Program-made: the position numbers and the translations under genes | The notes under the pieces: generated by a model | What the model was told of the DNA's origin: nothing | The model's input: the letters and a program-made list of their open reading frames with translations, nothing else | The model's database searches: none | In this document: in pieces, positions 9,236 through 17,464 of the stretch | Layout of the letters: every line of letters begins with the position of its first letter | Numbering within the stretch: the first letter of the stretch is position 1 | From: Planctomycetia bacterium | GTDB taxonomy: Bacteria > Planctomycetota > MHYJ01 > WSZJ01 | Direction of reading: 5' to 3' | Length of the DNA: 64,000 bases | NCBI GenBank assembly: GCA_020849035.1 | Contig: JADLHC010000110.1 | Coordinates: 5,269 to 69,268 of the forward strand

Positions 9236-9592
9236 CTACCCGGCGCGCCGCAGCCGCAGGCGCGCCCGATCGATGGCGTCCACGACGGCCCTGATCCGCC
9301 GGCGGATTTCCAGTCCCGCCTCCCGTCCCAGCAGCCCGTCGTGCAAAGCGAGGTGCACCCGCGCCGCCAGCGCCGCCGCGGCGCCGCGTCCTTCTTCGAA
9401 CCCCGCGTCCGCGGCAACGCCGCCCGCGAGGCCGCGCTCCACGCACGCCGTCACCCGGAGCGCCTGCGCGAACAGCCGCTCGAATTCCCGAGTCCTGCGC
9501 CCCTCGCCGATCGACGGGCACAGCGCTCCGACGACGCCGGTCAGCTCCACGAGCGCGGTCCGCAGCGCAAGCTCCTCCCCGCTACCCCGCAT
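9236..9592 (-). CDS. Four-helix-bundle protein (23S rRNA IVS protein-like family), divergent
   Basis: SIGEGRRTREFERLFAQAL resembles the NIAEG..R.S.KEF..FL.IA core of that family, and the C-terminus is helical. Overlaps the ERCC4 gene end by 11 nt. Confidence 0.45.
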   Translation of the reverse strand: MRGSGEELALRTALVELTGVVGALCPSIGEGRRTREFERLFAQALRVTACVERGLAGGVAADAGFEEGRGAAAALAARVHLALHDGLLGREAGLEIRRRIRAVVDAIDRARLRLRRAG

Positions 9593-10256
9593 CGCGCTGC
9601 TCCTCCTCCCCCCCGCTCTCGTCGTTCAGCAGCTCGTGCATCCGCCGCGCCAGCGTCGGCCCCACCCCCGGCACCTCCCGCCACGCCTCCATCGGCGCGC
9701 AGAAGACGCTCCTCAGGCTCCCGAACGCGTGCAGCAGGTTTCGCGCCCGCTCGGGGCCGACGCCGAAGAACCCCTGAAGCAGGAACAGCCGCCGGTCCGT
9801 GGCATGCCGCGGTTTGCAGAACCGGCGCTCATCCACCTTCGCCGGACGCGCGGCCGCACGGTCGAACTCCGCTTCCGCGAACCTCTGCAGCAGGATCGCC
9901 GTGTCGAGCGGGAACCGCGGCGGGAAGACGCGCAGCCCGAACGACCAGGAGAGCTGCGCGAGGGCCCCGAAGTAGGACTCCTCGCGGCCGTCGCAGGCGG
10001 GGGGCGGGAAGAGCCCCTCGACGACGAGGGCGGCGCGCGGGAACGCGTCGGCGAGGCGGCGGGCCTGGTCGAACGCGCGCCCGTCGGCGATGGAGCGGGC
10101 CAGGTCCAGGGACGTCTTGCGCTCGACGGCCAGCCCGCCGAGCACGTAGTCGCCGACGGGCAGCGGACGAACGCGCACCGGCACCGAGAACCGCTCCGCG
10201 AGCAGGCGCGGGATCCCGGACGCCTCTTCACGGGCGTCGATCTCGATCGTGAGCAT
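9582..10256 (-). CDS. ERCC4-type (XPF/Mus81-like) nuclease with C-terminal helix-hairpin-helix region
   Basis: ERCC4 signature PVGDYVLGGLAVERKTSLDLARSIADGRAFDQ. C-terminus has LLQGFFGVGPERARNLLHAFGS...VPGVGPTLARRM (HhH pair). Start MLTIEID at 10256; the longer ORF-track N-terminus is junk. Confidence 0.75.
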   Translation of the reverse strand: MLTIEIDAREEASGIPRLLAERFSVPVRVRPLPVGDYVLGGLAVERKTSLDLARSIADGRAFDQARRLADAFPRAALVVEGLFPPPACDGREESYFGALAQLSWSFGLRVFPPRFPLDTAILLQRFAEAEFDRAAARPAKVDERRFCKPRHATDRRLFLLQGFFGVGPERARNLLHAFGSLRSVFCAPMEAWREVPGVGPTLARRMHELLNDESGGEEEQRDAG

Positions 10257-10258
10257 GG

Positions 10259-10726
10259 CTACCCGGTCTTTCTGGTCGCGAGGGCGACGGCGGGGTCGCG
10301 CCAGGCGTCGAGGAGATCGAGGAGGACGACGACCTTGAGGAGGAGGTCGAACGCGCGGTCCTCCAGGACCGGGTCCTCCGGGGGCATCGGCGGCGCGAAC
10401 GCTTCGAGGAAGATCCGGGCGCGCCTCAGGGCCCAGGTGAGGCGGGTGAGCAGACGGCCGCGCGGCCGGCCCTGCGCGGGCGACCGCCGCAGGCGGGCGG
10501 CGACGGACGACAGGTCGGGGATCGCCTGGAGCATCGCGCGGACGTCCGCATCCGAGCCGCCCGCGGCCAGCAGGCCGTTGGCCATCTCGTCGCGCTGCCG
10601 CGACACCGTCCCGGCGACCCCCGAGAAGGCCAGCTCCCTGGGGACTCCGGCCAGAACGCGCAGGTCGCAGTCCGCGCACGTCCAAAGCCCCGGCTTCGCG
10701 CCGGGCACGGGCGTCGAGAAGTTCAT
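10259..10726 (-). CDS. Hypothetical protein, operonic with the ERCC4 nuclease
   Basis: 155-aa ORF whose stop lies 2 nt upstream of the ERCC4 start. No recognised motif. Confidence 0.45.
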   Translation of the reverse strand: MNFSTPVPGAKPGLWTCADCDLRVLAGVPRELAFSGVAGTVSRQRDEMANGLLAAGGSDADVRAMLQAIPDLSSVAARLRRSPAQGRPRGRLLTRLTWALRRARIFLEAFAPPMPPEDPVLEDRAFDLLLKVVVLLDLLDAWRDPAVALATRKTG

Positions 10727-10998
10727 GGGGATCTCCTTGTCCTTGGAAAAAGTGGCCCCGAGAAGGCGGCCCGCCGTCCCGCACGGCGGACCGGAGCTCC
10801 CCGGGGCCGGAATGTCCTGCCTCCGGGCCCTGCAACGTCACCTTCCGAACCGGGCGCATCGCGCGGTTTCCCGTGCGGCGCGTCGAACGCGGCCTCCCTC
10901 GGGGGGCAAGCCCGGGAGGGCCGTGGCCCGGAGGCGCCTGTTCATGCCTCCCGGGACGCCGGGGGGCGGAACCGGCCCCCCGGCCTCCCCTCTCCGCT

Positions 10999-11406
10999 CT
11001 AGGCCGGGATCCGCTCCTCCTCCGCCTCCGCGGGCCCCTCCGCCTCCGCCGCCGGCGGCGCCGACTCGCGCGTGCCGCCCTGCGGCAGGTAGACGATCCG
11101 GTCCGAGACGATGCGGATCCGCGAGTTCTTCTTCCCGTCCTGACCCACCCACTCGTCCATCGTCAGCCGCCCCTCCACGCCGATCAGCCGGCCCTTGCGC
11201 AGGTACTGAACCGCAAGCTCGGCCTGGCGGGCCCAGGCGACGACGTCGATGAAGAGATGGTCCTCGCGCTTCTCGCCCTTGGCGGACTTCCAGGTCCTGT
11301 TGCAGGCGACGCGGACGTCGGTGACGGGGACCTGGCTGGGGCCGGCGAAGCGGATCTCGGGGTCCTTGCAGACGTTGCCGATGAGGACGACCTTGTTCAT
11401 GTGCAT
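10999..11406 (-). CDS. ssb: Single-stranded DNA-binding protein
   Basis: OB-fold SSB N-terminus MNKVVLIGNVCKDPEIRF...DVVAWARQAELAVQYLRKGRLIGVEGRL, and an acidic tail ending EEERIPA. Confidence 0.9.
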   Translation of the reverse strand: MHMNKVVLIGNVCKDPEIRFAGPSQVPVTDVRVACNRTWKSAKGEKREDHLFIDVVAWARQAELAVQYLRKGRLIGVEGRLTMDEWVGQDGKKNSRIRIVSDRIVYLPQGGTRESAPPAAEAEGPAEAEEERIPA

Positions 11407-11470
11407 TCGACTACTCCTTTTACTTGTGTTAGCTTTAGGGTCACTACTAAGTTAATTGATATCTGGGCCG

Positions 11471-11503
11471 AAAAAAAACGGCCCCCGGCCTACGGCAGGG
11501 CCG
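11471..11503 (-). terminator. Putative intrinsic terminator of the 11490..12059 gene
   Basis: On the minus strand: CGGCCC, 13-nt loop, GGGCCG, then T8. The hairpin overlaps the stop codon. An alternative GGGCCG-T8-CGGCCC fold is also possible. Confidence 0.5.
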
Positions 11504-12059
11504 ACAACGGCGAACAGTAGGTGTACTCGCGGCCGATCTTCGTCTCCGGATCCTCCTTTCTCAGCACGAGGTGCTTGGCGAACAGGTTGATCAGGCGCGT
11601 GCTGGCCGTGTTCAGCTTGAGCTTGAGCTCGGCGGCCAGGTCGCGGGCGAGAAGCGTTCCGCCCTCCATGCACAGGTCGAGCGTCTCCTTCAGGTACGGG
11701 TTCAGGTCCCCGACGAGCGACCACTTCTTCTTCCCGTCCACGTGCATCAGGCACAGGTCCTTCTGCTTGAGCGCGACTTCGAGCCCCTCGCGGACGGCGT
11801 CGTTGCAGCCGGAGAGGAGGATCGTCCCCTCCCCGTACTCGCCTCCCTCCATGCGGCCGGCGAGCTTGGCGACGATCTCGTCGGCGGCGGAGAAGTCCAG
11901 GATCTCGATCCGGGAGAAATCGAGGACCTCGGCGCCGCCCTTGCGGATGTCGGCGAAGTCCGACTCGATCTTCTCGCGGACGGCGGGCGAGGTCTTGCGG
12001 CCGGACAGGATGCCCCCGAGACCGCATTTCCGGGCGATGGCTCCGACGTCGTGGATCAT
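11490..12059 (-). CDS. STAS-like (DUF4325-like) domain protein with C-terminal winged-helix-like region
   Basis: GGAEVLDFSRIEILDFSAADEIVAKL resembles DUF4325/STAS-like domains. C-terminal ARDLAAELKLKLNTASTRLINLFAKHLV looks like an HTH. Confidence 0.5.
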   Translation of the reverse strand: MIHDVGAIARKCGLGGILSGRKTSPAVREKIESDFADIRKGGAEVLDFSRIEILDFSAADEIVAKLAGRMEGGEYGEGTILLSGCNDAVREGLEVALKQKDLCLMHVDGKKKWSLVGDLNPYLKETLDLCMEGGTLLARDLAAELKLKLNTASTRLINLFAKHLVLRKEDPETKIGREYTYCSPLSALP

Positions 12060-12397
12060 GGTCGTCTCCGCTAGTTCAACTCAGTTGGATGTAATATACA
12101 ACACGTTCCAGCCAAGTCAAGAACCTCTTCAACAAATCTTCTCGATTTTCTTCGTAAACGCAAGCTTCTGTGCAGCCACGACTTGCGGCCCGCCTGGAAA
12201 TCCTGATTTTCCGCGAACCCCGCTTCCCCCCCGCACGATCAACCCCCTGCCATGAAATCGCTTCGAGACTCCATCCGCACGACGAAGGCCTGCTCCCCCG
12301 GTTACCCCACCGGTCGAGCGGCCCATGCCCGGCTCTTCGAAAGCATGAACGTCGCGCAGTGGAGGCTCCGAAGCGGTTAGGCCCGCCGAATCCCAGG

Positions 12398-12446
12398 AAA
12401 ACCGGCGATCCGCCGCCCACGAGCGAAACGGATCGCCGGTTTTTTT
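12398..12446 (+). terminator. Strong intrinsic terminator/attenuator hairpin
   Basis: Perfect 12-bp stem ACCGGCGATCCG (12401-12412) / CGGATCGCCGGT (12429-12440) with a 16-nt loop. Preceded by AAA and followed by a T7 run. Confidence 0.75.
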
Positions 12447-12465
12447 GTTGCCACGGAGGACCGCC

Positions 12466-12573
12466 ATGAAGCCCGAAGCCTGCCAGGACCTGCCCGACCA
12501 CGACGAACTCCGCCCGATCGCCGACCTGGCGGACATGCGGCCCTGCGCCGCGCGCGAGGTGTGTCAAACGTGA
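12466..12573 (+). CDS. Candidate small protein (35 aa, three Cys)
   Basis: GGAGGA lies 5 nt upstream of the ATG. Sequence MKPEACQDLPDHDELRPIADLADMRPCAAREVCQT has strong G/C bias at third positions. Too short for the ORF track. Confidence 0.35.
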   Translation: MKPEACQDLPDHDELRPIADLADMRPCAAREVCQT

Positions 12574-12821
12574 CGCCCTGAGCGAAGGTTGGCCCGATGT
12601 CCTTGAAGAAGGGAGGTGAGCCCGACCAGAAGGAAGCGAGGGGATACCGGCGCTGGATTCCCTTGCGGGGCATTTCCGCCGCCGGCCCGTCCGCGGGACG
12701 CGCGGCACGGCCAGCGCGCCGGCTCCATTTCATCCTCCGGGAGCGTCCGGCGCAGCCGACGGAGAAGCCCTCGTGGACGCGGCGCGGCCGATTAGGCCCG
12801 CCGGTCTGACCCTGCCTTCGC

Positions 12822-12853
12822 GGGGGGCCCGGGAGACCGCTTCCGGGCCCCCC
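12822..12853 (+). other. GC-rich perfect stem-loop of unknown role
   Basis: GGGGGGCCCGG (12822-12832) pairs with CCGGGCCCCCC (12843-12853) across a 10-nt loop. There is no clear U-tract. Confidence 0.45.
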
Positions 12854-12894
12854 GTTCCGTTTCCGGGGCGGCCGTGCGCTGCTACGATCCGCGC

Positions 12895-13368
12895 ATGGCC
12901 GACTTCGACACGTGGGACGGCGAGATGGACCGGCTCCTCAACGCGGTGGGATCCGAGGGCAGGGAGCGCATCGAGGGCCTCCTGAACCGCGCAGCGGAGG
13001 CGGCGAAGAGCGGCCGGTTGCGCGAGGCGGCGGCGACGATCGAGGAGGCGCGCCGCGTCATGGTCGGGAACGGCCTGTTCCGCAGCTGGGACGAGGGAAT
13101 CTGGTGTTTCTCGAGCCTGATCCGGCAGATCCTCGGGATGTCGCAGGAAGAGCCTGTTCCGCAGGAGTATCAGGCGCACCTCGACGCGATCCCGAGCGCG
13201 CGGATGGACGAGCCGATGACCGCGGCGCAGAAGGCGTTCTGGTACGGATCGCCGTCGGCGGAGGTCGGCGGCGAGATCCGGATCGTGCCGGCGGAGCAGG
13301 CCGGGAAGGGCGGCTGCCTCGTGCTGGTCGCCGCGGCGGCTGCGGCGTTGCGCGGCCTGTCAGGTTGA
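12895..13368 (+). CDS. Hypothetical protein with C-terminal hydrophobic tail
   Basis: ORF 12874..13368, with MADFDTWDG at 12895 the likelier start. C-terminus is CLVLVAAAAAALRGLSG. Confidence 0.5.
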   Translation: MADFDTWDGEMDRLLNAVGSEGRERIEGLLNRAAEAAKSGRLREAAATIEEARRVMVGNGLFRSWDEGIWCFSSLIRQILGMSQEEPVPQEYQAHLDAIPSARMDEPMTAAQKAFWYGSPSAEVGGEIRIVPAEQAGKGGCLVLVAAAAAALRGLSG

Positions 13369-13420
13369 CGAAAAAAGGGCGGCTCGGTGAGCCGCCCCCG
13401 TGTCCCTGCTTCCGCCGCTC

Positions 13421-14245
13421 TTACTTCTCGGCCTTCTTCAGCTCGAATTCGATCTCGAGCTCCACCTTCAGTTCGGTCTCTCCGCTGCACGCGGGAGCCG
13501 CGCCCGCCTGACCCGCGATCATGCGCATCGCCGCGGAGGCGGGGTCCGCATCGGGAGCGTCCTTCTGCGAGAGGTCGCGCACGCGCACCGCGCCGCCGAC
13601 CGCGAGGCCCAGCCGCGAAGCGATCGTCTCCGCCCGGGCGCGGGCCTTCCTGACCGCCTCGTCCCACGCTTTCGAGAGCGCCGCCTCGGGGTCGCTGATC
13701 TCGAACCGCACCGGCGACTCGCCGCCCGCGCGGGCCCCGAAGATCGTGAAACCGCCGTCGGCGCCCTCGGCGGCCGCCTCGCCCGCCGCGCCCCGGCCCT
13801 TGTCGAGCAGCGCGCTCACCAGCCCGGCGACGTCCTCAGGCTTCATCCCGTCGACGCCCGGCACCGTCACGCGCACCTGGCTCGACGCCGTCACGTCCGC
13901 CGTCGCGTCGCCGCCGTCGCGGCCGTTGAGCATGACCTGCATCATCCCGCCGCCGCCCTGGGGCGCGAACGACACGCCCGTGTCCTCCACCTTCGCCCCC
14001 TGCGCCTTTTTCTCGGCCAGAATCGCCCCGAGGTCGTCCTTCAGCTGCTTCAGGTTCTTGTTCAGCTTCTCGATCGCGTCCCCCGCCTTCTCCGCCTTCC
14101 CCTTCGCCGCGAACGTCATCACCAGCGTGTCCGGCTTGGCCTTCACCGTGCCCTGCCCTTTCACGGTAATCGTCCGGGCTTCCTCGGCGCCGGCGGCAAG
14201 GGCGAGGACGAGAAGGGCGGGGAGGGCGGCGGCGAAGCGAAGCAT
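13421..14245 (-). CDS. SIMPL domain (DUF541) periplasmic protein
   Basis: Signal peptide followed by ITVKGQGTVKAKPDTLVMTFAAKGKAEKAGDAIEKLNKNLKQL, typical of the SIMPL/DUF541 family. Confidence 0.75.
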   Translation of the reverse strand: MLRFAAALPALLVLALAAGAEEARTITVKGQGTVKAKPDTLVMTFAAKGKAEKAGDAIEKLNKNLKQLKDDLGAILAEKKAQGAKVEDTGVSFAPQGGGGMMQVMLNGRDGGDATADVTASSQVRVTVPGVDGMKPEDVAGLVSALLDKGRGAAGEAAAEGADGGFTIFGARAGGESPVRFEISDPEAALSKAWDEAVRKARARAETIASRLGLAVGGAVRVRDLSQKDAPDADPASAAMRMIAGQAGAAPACSGETELKVELEIEFELKKAEK

Positions 14246-14388
14246 GGGTGGGACTCCGAAAGAGGGGCGCTGGTGTTGGCTTCCGGAATGACTTGCGCCG
14301 GGAGGGTGGAAAGGTTGCAGGAATTTACGGGAATTCCCGTGGAAGGGCGCGCGCTTCGCAACACGTTGTCCAATAACGTCTTGCGGCG

Positions 14389-14913
14389 CTACTGCCGTTT
14401 CTTCTTCCTCTCCAGGAACATCCGCGCCGTCGTCGCCTGCACCGTCATCCCCTGCCGAAGCATGTCGGGAGCGCGCGACAGCCTCGCCTTCACGGTCCCC
14501 AGCGGCACCCCGAGCTCCTTTGCGATCACCGCCAGCTCCTTGCCCTCGTAGAAGCGCATCTCCACCGTTCGGCGGTACGCCTCCGGCAGGGCCGCCACCG
14601 ACGCCCGGATGAACTTCACCACCTCCTCACCGACGAGATCCGCCAGCGGCGACTCTTCGGAAGCTCCTTCCGGTTTCAACGGCGCCGGACGTCTCTTCAC
14701 CGCGACGTGCTTCAGCACTCCCCACAGCCACCCCCGGAACTCCCCTTTCGCCGGGTCGAAGTTCTGGAACGACGCGTAAACCTGGACGAAGGCGTCGTGA
14801 ACGAGGTCCAGGGCGGCTTCCTCGTCCAGCCTGCGCGCGCGGCGGAGCTGGTCCACGAGGGACTGGTACTCCCGGAGGAGGAGGTCGGAGGGGTCGGGCG
14901 TCTTCTCGCTCAT
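14389..14913 (-). CDS. ECF-type RNA polymerase sigma-70 family factor
   Basis: Region 2 (DLVHDAFVQVYASFQNFDP...FRGWLWGVLKHV) and region 4 (LPEAYRRTVEMRFYEGKELAVIAKELGVPLGTVKARLSRA). Confidence 0.8.
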   Translation of the reverse strand: MSEKTPDPSDLLLREYQSLVDQLRRARRLDEEAALDLVHDAFVQVYASFQNFDPAKGEFRGWLWGVLKHVAVKRRPAPLKPEGASEESPLADLVGEEVVKFIRASVAALPEAYRRTVEMRFYEGKELAVIAKELGVPLGTVKARLSRAPDMLRQGMTVQATTARMFLERKKKRQ

Positions 14914-14927
14914 GGCTTCCAGAGAAT

Positions 14928-15482
14928 ATCCGCGGCCGTTTCCGCCCCATCCTCCTTTATCCGCGAATTCCCTTCGCCTTTGCTATCCCGCCCTCGCGCC
15001 AAACTCGCTTCTCACCTTCCTCACGACTTCCACTTTCAATCCTCCGAAGTTCAGCAGCAGTCCCACGGGCATCCTGCCGGCGACCAGGTACGTCAGAAGC
15101 TGGGCCTCATGTGGGGGAGTGAGCTGCTGGACCGCTTTGAGCTCGAGGATGACGCCATCGACGCAGACAAAGTCGGCAGCGAACGTCCCGACGGACTCTC
15201 CCTCGTAGCAAACCTCGAGCGGGACCTCACGCCGGAACGGGATCCCGGCCTTGCGGAGTTCGATGGCGAGCGCGTTTCCGTAGACGACCTCGGGGAGGCC
15301 GGGGCCGAGCCGGTTGTGGACGCGGAACGCGAATCCGATGATGCGCCGGGTGAGGTCGGAGTGGAGGGCGTCGGTGTGGCGCATCATGGGCAGGACTCTA
15401 TCGTACGTATGTATAATGTCAACAGTTCTTCTAATAACAGAATTCGCGGATGAAGCAGGATGGGGCGGAAACGGCCGCGGAT
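14928..15482. mobile_element. Inverted-repeat-bounded cassette carrying a GxxExxY gene
   Basis: 43-nt terminal inverted repeats at 14928-14970 and 15440-15482, with 2 mismatches. They share the core ATCCTnnTTnATCCGCGA with the 3271-3420 hairpin. No transposase or target-site duplication seen. Confidence 0.5.
14983..15387 (-). CDS. GxxExxY protein (PD-(D/E)xK nuclease-like family)
   Basis: Family signature GLPEVVYGNALAIELRKAGIPF...ADFVCVDGVILELKAV...QLLTYL. Start at MMRH; the ORF-track N-terminal extension reads through the repeat arm. Confidence 0.8.
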   Translation of the reverse strand: MMRHTDALHSDLTRRIIGFAFRVHNRLGPGLPEVVYGNALAIELRKAGIPFRREVPLEVCYEGESVGTFAADFVCVDGVILELKAVQQLTPPHEAQLLTYLVAGRMPVGLLLNFGGLKVEVVRKVRSEFGARAG

Positions 15483-15565
15483 GTGAACCGGGAGCGGGGC
15501 TTGCGCGATCAACCCCCCTCACGAATGATCCACCGCCTTCCACTCCTCCCCCGTATCACTCCCTG

Positions 15566-17464
15566 ATGCCTCCCGAACTCCCCCAGGACGTCCAGCCCCA
15601 CGCCGCGGACCCCTCCCGCCGCCTGGGCCGCTACGTCCTGGTCAAGCGGATCGGCAAGGGAGGCCAGTCCGAGGTCTGGCGCGCCTGGGACACCCTTCTC
15701 GCCCGCCACGTCGCCGTCAAGATCCTCAAGGACGCCGAGCCCGAGGACGTCACGCGCTTCCAGCGCGAGGCCAACATCCTCGCGAACCTCCACCACCCGA
15801 ACATCGCCCCCGTCTTCGGCATGGAGCAGGAGGGCGACCGGGCGTTCATCGCGATGCAGCTCGTGGACGGCGAGACGATCGACCGCATGAACGCCCCGCT
15901 GACGCGGAAGGTCGAGTGCCTGCGCGACGCGGCGCGGGCGCTGCACTTCGCCCACAGGCAGGGGATCATCCACCGCGACATCAAGCCGTCGAACATCATG
16001 GCGACGGCGGACGGGCACCTGTACCTGATGGACTTCGGCATCGCCCGCCCGGTCCGCAAGGGCGCGACGATCACGCAGACCGACTTCCTCGTCGGCACCC
16101 CGGCCTACATGTCGCCGGAGCAGGCGCGCGGCGGCCGCTGCGACGAGCGCACGGACGTCTACGCCCTCGGCGCCACGCTCTACAGGCTCGCGACGCACTC
16201 CGACCCGTTCTACGGCGACGACCCCATGCAGGTGCTGCTCAAGGTCACCAACGAGGCCCCGCCGCTCCCGCGCACCCTCGAGCCCTCCATCCCGCGCCCG
16301 GTCGAGGACATCATCCGCGTCGCAATGGCCAAGGAGCCCGGCGCGCGCCACCAGACCGCCGAGGACTTCGCGGCCCAGCTCGACCTGTTCCTGGCGGGGA
16401 AAAAGGTGCGAAGCGCCCCGCGCGAGCGCATCCGCATCCCGCAGGGCGTCTGGATCGGGATCCTCGGCGTCACCACCGTCGCCGCCGTGGCGTGGGCGAT
16501 CTTCAAGCCCCCCGCCGTCCGCGCAAACCCCGGCGGCCCCTCCGTCGTCTCGCCCGAGCCGGCGCCGCCCGCGCCCAAGGACGACGAAGCCGCCCGCGCG
16601 CTCTCCGAGGCCCGCGAGATGCTGGGCCAGCTTCGCGACCTCGACCCCGCCGACCGCCCGGCGCGCGCGAAGCCGATCCGCGACCGTCTGGCGAAAATCC
16701 CCCCCGGGCACCCCGACCGCGCCGGCGCCCTCCTGGAGACGGCGCGCCTCGAGAACCTCCTCGGAAACGCGGTTGCCGCGCTCGCCGCGGCCGACGCCGC
16801 CGTCGAGGCCGACGCCGCGTCCGCCCCCGTCGTCCTGCTCCGCGCCCGCCTCCGCATCAAGCGCGGCCTCTCGCTGCGCACCCGCCGCCTCGCCTCCCTC
16901 GACGGCCCCGCCTCCGCCAACGACCCCACCGACGTCGCCCTCTTCGTCGCCGACGCCGCCGCCGACACCCCCGAAATCCGCGCGCTCTTCCAGGGCGCCG
17001 ACCGCGACCTCGCCGCCTTCCAGCGCCTCTCCCCTTCCGTGGAGCCGGCGGACGCGGCGTTCGTGAAGGGTCTGGCGGCGTTCAACGCGGGGAAGTTCCG
17101 CGAGGCCGCGCTGTCGCTGAAGGCGGCGGCGGAGTCGCTGTGGCTCGGGGCGGACGCGCGGCTGCTGCTGGGAATCGCCCACTACATGTCGGAGAACTTC
17201 GCCGCGGGCGAGGCGTCCCTGGCGCGCGCCGGCTCTGGGGACGACGTGATTGAAGCGCGTCTCCTGCTCGCCATGCTGCTGGGCGTCGAGGTCGCGCGCC
17301 GGGGGCCGCTCGCGATCGACGCGCGCCCCGTCGTCGAACTGCTGGACCACGACTTCGTCGAGCTGGCGAAGGTGCGCCCGAAGTCCGCGGACTGGCTCGC
17401 GCGCGTCCCGCTGTCCGAATACTGGCGGCGGATCTTCCGCCAGTGGATCCAGCGGAATCGTTAG
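15566..17464 (+). CDS. Hanks-type Ser/Thr protein kinase with TM helix and C-terminal helical-repeat domain
   Basis: GKGGQSEVW, VAVKILKD, HRDIKPSNIM, DFGIA, GTPAYMSPE. TM segment WIGILGVTTVAAVAWAIF. Start MPPELPQ at 15566. Confidence 0.85.
   Translation: MPPELPQDVQPHAADPSRRLGRYVLVKRIGKGGQSEVWRAWDTLLARHVAVKILKDAEPEDVTRFQREANILANLHHPNIAPVFGMEQEGDRAFIAMQLVDGETIDRMNAPLTRKVECLRDAARALHFAHRQGIIHRDIKPSNIMATADGHLYLMDFGIARPVRKGATITQTDFLVGTPAYMSPEQARGGRCDERTDVYALGATLYRLATHSDPFYGDDPMQVLLKVTNEAPPLPRTLEPSIPRPVEDIIRVAMAKEPGARHQTAEDFAAQLDLFLAGKKVRSAPRERIRIPQGVWIGILGVTTVAAVAWAIFKPPAVRANPGGPSVVSPEPAPPAPKDDEAARALSEAREMLGQLRDLDPADRPARAKPIRDRLAKIPPGHPDRAGALLETARLENLLGNAVAALAAADAAVEADAASAPVVLLRARLRIKRGLSLRTRRLASLDGPASANDPTDVALFVADAAADTPEIRALFQGADRDLAAFQRLSPSVEPADAAFVKGLAAFNAGKFREAALSLKAAAESLWLGADARLLLGIAHYMSENFAAGEASLARAGSGDDVIEARLLLAMLLGVEVARRGPLAIDARPVVELLDHDFVELAKVRPKSADWLARVPLSEYWRRIFRQWIQRNR

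Noticed and set aside
5531-10252. Very long ORFs, including 5531..10252 (1573 aa), 892..3618, 7026..9521, 18668..22966, 19122..22706, 53884..56985 and 57116..60334
   Set aside because: The translations are Arg/Pro/Gly/Ala low-complexity strings. They lie antisense to or out of frame with genes that have clear motifs. They are typical shadow ORFs of high-GC DNA, where stop codons are rare.
10727-10998. The ~270-bp gap between ssb and the 155-aa ORF as a separate ncRNA or terminator
   Set aside because: Only weak GC hairpins are present, with no U-tract or recognisable motif. It is probably an ordinary intergenic or promoter region.
12076-12446. A known housekeeping ncRNA (tmRNA, RNase P RNA, SRP/4.5S RNA, 6S RNA) in the gene-free region
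   Set aside because: None of the conserved cores I know were found on either strand. These include the tmRNA tag reading frame and CCA-proximal T-arm, the RNase P GAGGAAAGUCC sequence, and the SRP GGAAGCAGCC sequence.
12597-12809. 70-aa ORF in the 12.6-12.8 kb gap
   Set aside because: It is Arg/Pro/Gly-rich with no coding-type third-position bias and no ribosome-binding site.
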